NCBI GenBank assembly: GCA_002269645.1
Contig: NIVC01001900.1
Span: 159,710 to 223,709 of the forward strand
Reading direction: 5' to 3'
Length of the DNA stretch: 64,000 nt
Source of the DNA: Macrostomum lignano
Taxonomy: Eukaryota
Shown here: piece after piece, positions 56,897 to 64,000 of the stretch
Layout: the number at the start of each line of letters is the position of its first letter
Position numbering within the stretch: the first letter of the stretch is position 1
The notes under the pieces: generated by a model
Seen by the model: the letters and a program-made list of their open reading frames with translations, nothing else
Database searches by the model: none
What the model was told of the DNA's origin: nothing
Made by a program: the position numbers and the translations under genes

Positions 56897-58079
56897 TCAG
56901 GATGCACTGAACACCTGTAGTCTCCTGTTGTAACTGTCAGCCACCACCAGCTGCTCACGCGGACCTCCCGTCACCATCGCCAGACCCAATGGATACGTGA
57001 ATCCTCCGTCACCTCTGTCGCTCTCGCCCGGAGTCCCCAGAGTCCACAGCAGCGACCCGTCGTTTGCAGCCACCGCTCGCACTGAATGACGCGACCAATC
57101 ACTCACGAAGAGGCGGCCTCTTCTGTCGACGGCCACATCCACTGTACCAGCAAACTGGTGGAGGCCGGAACGCTGAGTCGGGAAGGAGGCGACCAGCTGT
57201 TGGGTGTCGATGCTCACTCTGTGTACATGACTATGCGTCAATTCTGTCACCAGAATGCAGTTGTCGTGAGTCGCCAAGTTGCCCAATCGAGCATCAGGAA
57301 GCTGAGACAGCGTGATGACCGTCTCCATCTGCCAAGTCGCTTTGCTGAGTGCAGCAATTTTGTTTCCACTGGACACAAACAGGGAAAGTACGTTGCTGCC
57401 GATTCCCCTGATGTCACAAAAGCCCTCAATGTGGTGGAGGACACGACGCACCGCGCGACCGCTCAGATCCGTCACTGTCACTGCGTCATGCTGAGCAATA
57501 AACAGCAGCTGACGGTCGCAGTGAAGGCTCCATATGTGCTTCTTCCAGTCGATGTCGCATTGGCACCGCAACTTCTTTGAGCCGTCCACAGACAGCACCA
57601 GTAGGTGGTCTCTGTTCGGATAGAATGATGCAAAGATGCAGGGATGATGCAGTGCTTTTCTGCGTTCTCTCACTGAGTCGGCGGGGACCACACGGCCTGA
57701 GCGGTCACCAACGAATCCGCTGGTGTCGCTGCACACAGCCAGCCAATTAACAGGGCCATCCAGCTTCACCTCATGACTGAAAACCATCGGCCCCAACATT
57801 CTCTCTCTCTCAGCGGCTATATCTCTGTCTATCTCCTCGGATGTTGCGGTCACCGCAGCGTCTCTCGACCAGTCGCCCTCTTCACTGCGTCCCGCACAAA
57901 TGCCGACCAACCGCTCGAGCTGGCCCAGAAGCCGCAGCTGCAGCTCCTCATTGTCGCTCTGGTCTCTGAGCAGGCGCTCTGACCTCTCAAAGTCGGCCTC
58001 CAAGTCTCCAAGCGATTCGTGCATGGACTGGACCAGGCGAAGCAGCTCCGCCATGTCGCCTGCAGCCTCCACCGTGGCC
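56897..58079 (-). pseudogene. TRIM-NHL-like paralogue 6, lacking the 5' ~130 codons
   Basis: Homology starts at ATVEAAGDMAELL; the upstream part of ORF 56897-58186 is antisense SINE sequence. Confidence 0.88.
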
Positions 58080-58425
58080 CACGGTAGCGCAGCTGTCTGG
58101 TGTGCCAGCGACCCAGGCTCGATTCCAAGTGCAGTCACATTAATTTGGGGCTGAATTGGAATCTCGGCTTGGCTCTGCTCGTGCAATTAACGGCCTTGAG
58201 AGCCAAACCCCCCAAGGCGCAGTGAAGTGTACATGCCTAACGATAAAATAAAGTTAGGGCCGCTGTACACTCCTGTGTGAGTGTGTGCCTGCGTACGTAT
58301 CCGCGCTTGTATGCCTGCTCAGGGGAGTCGGCGAATGGGCAGTAATGCCTCTCGCCGGTTGTGTGCCTATGTCGCTTAAAGTGCGCCAGGGTGCACACAA
58401 CCCCCCTGCCTCTAATAAAAAAAAA
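58072..58425 (+). mobile_element. SINE family B copy fused to NHL paralogue 6
   Basis: CCGTGGCCCACGGTAGCGCAGC...GGCTCGATTCCAAG...GTGCACACAACCCCCCTGCCTCTAATAAAAAAAAA; reverse complement of 56310-56663. Confidence 0.87.
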
Positions 58426-59261
58426 TACGTGTGAGGGTGGGTCAACCGGAAGACTAACTCAGTCCAGAATCGAATATAATGTACATTGCACGGGTCTTAC
58501 TCCACGGAAATTCCATGGTCAGTCCAGATAACTCTTCGACCTAATCACTTGTAATACATAAACATTTAGTCGTTTTTAGAATGAATCGCAGTGTATCCTC
58601 ACCGCACGTATCTGTGCGAACCCCACAGACCTACGAATTTCTGTAAAAAACTTGGGTTGTTCACTACAGTTATAGTCAAGTGTTCATGCTACTACAGTAC
58701 TACTCTGACCCCAATGTAAAATGAGTAGTATGTAATGCACTAGGCCAGAAAATCTATTAGATTCTGGTCAAATTTGCAATTAGGGCTGGGTGTACATTCG
58801 ATTTTGTACGCGGCGGGAGGTTGGGTGCAGAAATTCATGTCGCTTTGAGTCAAAACCCGTCTCCGATTGGCTCGTCTCTGAAAGACTTTTTAAAAAGGTC
58901 TTTTTAAAGTTATATCTGCGAGTAGAAATTGAAGCACTGACATTGAGCATTCATTCTATCATTTCGGCAACACTAAAGGTAGTCTCAGCCCTACAGATGA
59001 AGGATCAGCTTATTGGCAGCTCCGTTAGCTAATTATCGGTGCATCAACATTGAGCAGCCATGCCATCTTTAAAAATCACCCGTAAAGTCTTCATCCTTGT
59101 TGTAATATTGGCGTGCAACACTGTCTGGTCGGTTGCAGATACTAAGTAAGTCCGATTACTTCGACTAATAGTTTTATCAAAGAGAGATAATCAAGCTTGG
59201 TGAATGACAGGAGCTCAAATTTCGCCACCTCGTGGATGTGGCGTCCACCGGCCCAGGAGAA

Positions 59262-59628
59262 AGGGGCGCCTACCAAGCTACAGGGGCGCCACCCAAGAGA
59301 CAGGGGCGCCAACTAAGAGACAGGGGCGCCTACCAAGAAACAGGGGCGCCTACCAAAAGACAGGGGCGCCACCCAAGAGACTGGGGCGCCAACTAAGAGA
59401 CAGAAGCGCCAGTAGGAGATAAGTAGAGACAGAGGCGCCCACCAAGAGACAGGGGCGCCCACCAAGAGACAGGGGCGCCACCCAAGAGACAGTGGCGCCC
59501 ACCAAGAGACAGGGCCGCCCACCAAGAGACAGGGGCGCCCACCAAGAGACAGGGCGCCCACCAAGAGACAGGGGCGCCACCAAGAGACAGGGGCGCCCAC
59601 CAAGAGACAGGGGCGCCCACCAAGAGCC
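59262..59628 (+). repeat. 20-bp minisatellite (CAAGAGACAGGGGCGCCCAC)n
   Basis: Direct reading. Confidence 0.95.
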
Positions 59629-59989
59629 GCCTTGCTTTCTGGCTTGTGGGTCAACTGTCGGCTAAACCAATAGGTCGTACTATAAAAATTTACATCTATG
59701 TATTATCTACTCATAATTTAAGCCCATCTTCGGACCAGCACATTCACATTGCTGGCAGCCAGTCCGTTATGGTGGTTGGCGATGAACCTGACGCAGACAC
59801 CGATTCTGAACAGCGACTCAAAGCGTGAGTCATGATTTGCTTTGTCTGTTGTATTATTTTCATGTATAAGTGACAGTCTATCTTAAATATTAAGTAGATG
59901 CCATTTTAAATATGAGATGGTAGCAGCTGTTTACAAGCTTTCATGTGCATTTTTAGTCCATGAAATAGTTTTCGAAGTTAGAATGTCAT

Positions 59990-60340
59990 TTTTGAAGATT
60001 GGATGCCATCTTTGAATGTTGGATGCCATCATTGAAGGTTGGATACCATCTTTGAAGATTGGATGCCATTTTTGAAGATTTGATGCTATCTTTGAAGTCT
60101 CGATGCCATTTTTTAAGCTTGGATGCCATCTTTGAAGCTTGGATGCCATCTTTGAAGGCTCGATGCCATTTTTTAAGCTTGGATGCCATCTTTGAAGGCT
60201 AGATGCCATTTTTTAAGCTTGGATGCCATCTTTGAAGGCTCGATGCCATTTTTTAAGCTTGGATGCCATCTTTGAAGGCTAGATGCATATTTTTCAGCAT
60301 GGATGCCATCCTCGAAGGCTCGATGCCATCTTTGAAGATT
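59990..60340 (+). repeat. ~20-bp minisatellite (TTGGATGCCATCTTTGAAG)n
   Basis: Direct reading. Confidence 0.92.
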
Positions 60341-61009
60341 AGAGTCTCCAAGAATCTTCTCTATTCCTTTAAAGAAGGAAACAGTTGATGCTACAATGTG
60401 CAGTCTTGATGGCGTGCAATGCATTCTAAATTAGCATCTCTGCTTAATAATACATAGATTAGGGCTAAAAAACACCGACGCTCCACAAGCATTCAAAAAA
60501 GGCGATACCAAAAAAACAAAAACCAATTCCTGCCGCCGATTCTCATTGCAGGAAAAACATTATCGATCGGCTGCTGCAGAACTACACGAGACAGAACAGT
60601 CCTCACGGAGGTGAGCCGCATGAGCACACCTTGCGTGTTTGAAGACAAGGGATGACTACATCCCCCCTCACTCTCTCTCTCACTCTCTCACTCTGCATCA
60701 CAGGCTCTAGTCAAACACTTGAAACCTTGACAAACACTATTCCAGAAAAAAATATTTGCCGGAGGGCTTTGGGGCGCCCTGGCGCAACCGCGTCGGCGAC
60801 ATCCTCCCGCAACCAGGGCTGACGGCAATTCTGCCATTCCGCAGACTCCTGAGCCATGCAAGCGCGCCAATACTGTACGCAGGCACAGCACTCATACACA
60901 CGCTCACGCAGGGTGTACAGCAGCCTCCTGACTTTCTAATCGTCAGGCATTTACACTCTCTGCCTTGGAGGTTGGCCCATGGGGGTTGGTGACTAAATGA
61001 CTGATTGAT

Positions 61010-61440
61010 TAGAAGACAGAGTGACAAGAAGACAGAGTGACTAGAAGACAGAGTGACTAGAAGACAGTGACTACAAGACAGAGTGACTAGAAGATAGAGT
61101 GACAAGAGACAGACTGACTAGAAGATAGAGTGACAAGAGACAGACTGACTAGAAGATAGAGTGACTAGAAGACAGAGTGACTAGAAAACAGAATGACTAG
61201 AAGACAGAGTGACAAGAATTCAGAGTGACTAGAAGACAGAGTGACTAGAAGACAGAGTGACTACAAGACAGAGTGACTACAAGACAGAGTGACTAGAAGA
61301 TAGAGTGACAAGAGACAGACTGACTAGAAGACAGAGTGACTACAAGATAGAGTGACTAGAAGATAGAGTGACAAGAGACAGACTGACTAGAAGATAGAGT
61401 GACTAGAAGACAGAGTGACTACAAGACAGAGTGACTAGAC
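61010..61440 (+). repeat. 16-bp minisatellite (AGAAGACAGAGTGACT)n
   Basis: Direct reading. Confidence 0.95.
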
Positions 61441-61914
61441 GAAAAGTGCAAGGGTTTTAGAGTTCTTGCGATTCTAGCGATGCAGAAAAATTCATTGAAA
61501 AGTTTATCCCTTAGTCAGTGACTTCCTTTGCCGTCGTAAATAATTTCTGTTTTGTCCTTGACGCCCTGTATGTATGGCTTAGGACAAGACTAATTCCCTT
61601 TACATCCGATGCGAACCATGAGATTTACAGCTAGACTGCCTCTTTCTGTTGTTCATGTGAACGATATTTTTTGTTGCTAATGCTGACTGAAGGATTATTC
61701 AAATGTATTTTCTATACCTCATTATTCATTATGATATGGTTATTTTTACACTGTAACATTGCCTATGATGATTAGAGTGGGCATCTAACGGACCATAAAT
61801 TACAATATGGTCTATACAACTGTTTGTCTCTTGTATAATTAGTATAAATCTGAAAGGCCTAATACGAACTATTGTTTATGATAAACATACTAGCTATATG
61901 GTAATTATATATCA

Positions 61915-62029
61915 ACTTCAATATCTACAGACAAATGTACTTTTAATAATAGAACTGTACATCTACTTCAATATCTACAGACAAATGTACTTTTAATAAT
62001 AGAACTGTACATCTACTTCAATATCTACC
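61915..62029 (+). repeat. 50-bp tandem duplication
   Basis: ATATCTACAGACAAATGTACTTTTAATAATAGAACTGTACATCTACTTCA at 61921 and 61971. Confidence 0.92.
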
Positions 62030-62419
62030 GATAGAAGCACCTCAATAACACGCAAAAACATCAAAGCAAAACAATTCTCAACAGATTTATGAACAAATTT
62101 TTTCCAGGAAATCGATGAGGCCCTATTTATTTATTAGTCCATCTCATGTGGGCTTCAAATCGACAGCAGCCTTGAGACGAGATTTGCATGTCTGCCTGTG
62201 CGGCACAAAAACTTCAGCCGCTTAAGTTTGCAATCGTTTTTTTCGGGAGGGAAGTCTTTGCCTCAGCCTCCTTCATCGATTTTTTGCATATTTATGTCAA
62301 CACTTTGCCTGCAGTGGGGCTTCTGCCGGGGGCCGGTGTGGGCGATGAGTGGAGAGAGAAAGAAGAGAAGAAGAAAGAGAAATGCAAGTAAGGGAAGGCG
62401 GAGGGAGACGGGGTGACAA

Positions 62420-62800
62420 TATTCAGAGTGACAAGAATTCAGAGTGACAAGAATTCAGAGTGACTAGAATTAAGAGTGACTAGACTTAAGAGTGACTAGA
62501 ATTCAGAGTGACTAGAATTCAGAGTGACTAGAATTCAGAGTGACTAGAATTCAGAGTGACTAGAAGAAAGTGTGACTAGAAGAAAGAGTGACTAGAAAAC
62601 AGAGTGACTAGAAAACAGAGTGACTAGAAAACAGAGTGACTAGAAAACAGAGTGACTAGAAAACAGAGTGACTAGAAAACAGAGTGACTAGAAAACAGAG
62701 TGACTAGAAAACAGAGTGACTAGAAAACAGAGACTAGAAAACAGAGTGACTAGAAGGCAGAGTGACTAGAAGACAGAGTGACTAGAAGGCAGAGTGAAAG
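62420..62800 (+). repeat. 16-bp minisatellite of the same AGAGTGACTAGAA family as 61010-61440
   Basis: Direct reading. Confidence 0.95.
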
Positions 62801-63399
62801 TGACAACAGGCAAGCAGCGAGATAAGAGCCTTAATAATAAATCTGAAATAAAATAAGAAAAGACAAATAAAAAAAGTGGTTTCCGGGCCTTCGCTCCATC
62901 CCGAACCCAGCAGGCCAGCATTTTTTCGTCACGCTCAGCTGGATTCGCCCTTTCCTTGTTCTTGTCCTCATCCCAGCCCTATGTCGAACAAAACGGATTA
63001 CTTAGCGAAGGTTATGAGGAGCCCATTTGCAGATTGGAGCGGATCCAAATGACACACATGTATCACATGACGTCTAGTATACTGTATACTTCTTCTATTA
63101 ATAAGCCTTCCTGTCTGTTATACGGAACCACTCGATCTTGTGTGTGAGTGTGTACTGGACCCCCCCCCCGCCTATACCGCCCGCCTTCATTTCCTTCATT
63201 CCACTTTTCCATTTTCTTGCCCCCCAGGCTGCTGGGTGACGCGATTAATCCCAATTCTCTCTCTCTCACTCTCCCTACGTTTCAGTAGGCTCATTCTACA
63301 ATTCTGTCAATACTTTAATCTCTATTTTTTAAATTTTATATCAGTGTACTTGGAGGTATTCATTTTCAGCTGCTCACACTATTCCCTGAATCCCCGGCT

Positions 63400-64000
63400 G
63401 TCTCGCAACTACTTTCTCCTCTCTCCCATCTACTTATCTCCTCTCCTATTTACTCTCTCTCTTCTCTCATCTACTCTCTCTCTTCTCTCATCTACTCTCT
63501 CTCTTCTCTCATCTACTCTCTCCCTTCTCTCATCTACTCTCTCCCTTCTCTCATCTACTCTCTTGATCCCTTCTCCCATCTACTCTCTCTCTTTCCTCTC
63601 CCATCTACTCTCTTCCCTCTCGCATCTACTCTTTCCCCTCTCCATCTACTCTCTCCCTTCCTATCTTCTCCCTTCCCTCTCCCATCTACTCTCTCCCTTC
63701 CTATCTTCCCCCTTCCCTCCCCATCTACTCTCTCCCCTCTCGCATCTACTCTCTCCCCTCTCGCATCTACTCTCTCTCTTCTCTCATCTACTCTCCCCTC
63801 TTACATCTACTCTCTCTCCTCTTTCATCTATTCTTCCCCCTTTTCAATCTACTCTCTTCCCTCTCTATCTACTCTCCCCCCTCTCTCATCTACTCTATCC
63901 TCTTCATCTGCTCTCTCTTCTCCAGTTTCTATAATACTCTTACATCCTCTCTAACTCTCTCATTTCCTCTTCCCAAATATCCTCATTTGATCCCTATTTT
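63400..64000 (+). repeat. pyrimidine-rich degenerate repeat (CATCTACTCTCT)n
   Basis: Direct reading; produces the spurious Leu/Ser ORF 63140-63934. Confidence 0.9.

Noticed and set aside
1567-58154. Recurrent alternative-frame and antisense ORFs over the NHL genes (MWLRSPAA, MCLRQCVC, MPTSRSSW and others)
   Set aside because: They are shadows of near-identical GC-rich paralogues; their conservation simply follows the main ORF.
60688-63140. Possible exons between the 16-bp satellites (60690-60930, 62190-62400, 62880-63130)
   Set aside because: GC-richer and coding-like in places, but no recognisable motif and no consistent splice model could be built.
1147-63934. Low-complexity ORFs (1147, 1169, 20918, 32743, 38824-39511, 46154-46538, 47177-47504, 55777, 59313-59623, 59931-60424, 63140)
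   Set aside because: Each is a translation of a tandem repeat or microsatellite.

Overview
Eukaryotic (invertebrate animal) genomic DNA, rich in minisatellites and transposable elements. The style recalls the flatworm Macrostomum, but this is an impression and cannot be established from the window. Main content: (1) six paralogues of a CDS-intronless B-box-like / coiled-coil / NHL-repeat (TRIM-NHL-like) gene. Two are intact and four are disrupted. They have near-identical N-termini, while variation is concentrated at specific NHL propeller loop codons. (2) A Gypsy-type gag-PR-RT-RH-IN element bounded by ~130-136 bp INVERTED terminal repeats and a 5-bp target-site duplication instead of direct LTRs. 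(3) A 7-exon SLC18B1-like MFS transporter gene on the minus strand. (4) Many other TEs: a LOA/R1-group LINE inserted in one NHL gene, RTE-like LINEs (one carrying a nested LINE), a DD34D mariner split by a CCC-ended element, an LTR with PBS, two tRNA-derived SINE families and a P-element-like relic. (5) About 20 tandem-repeat arrays, which generate most of the spurious ORFs in the track.
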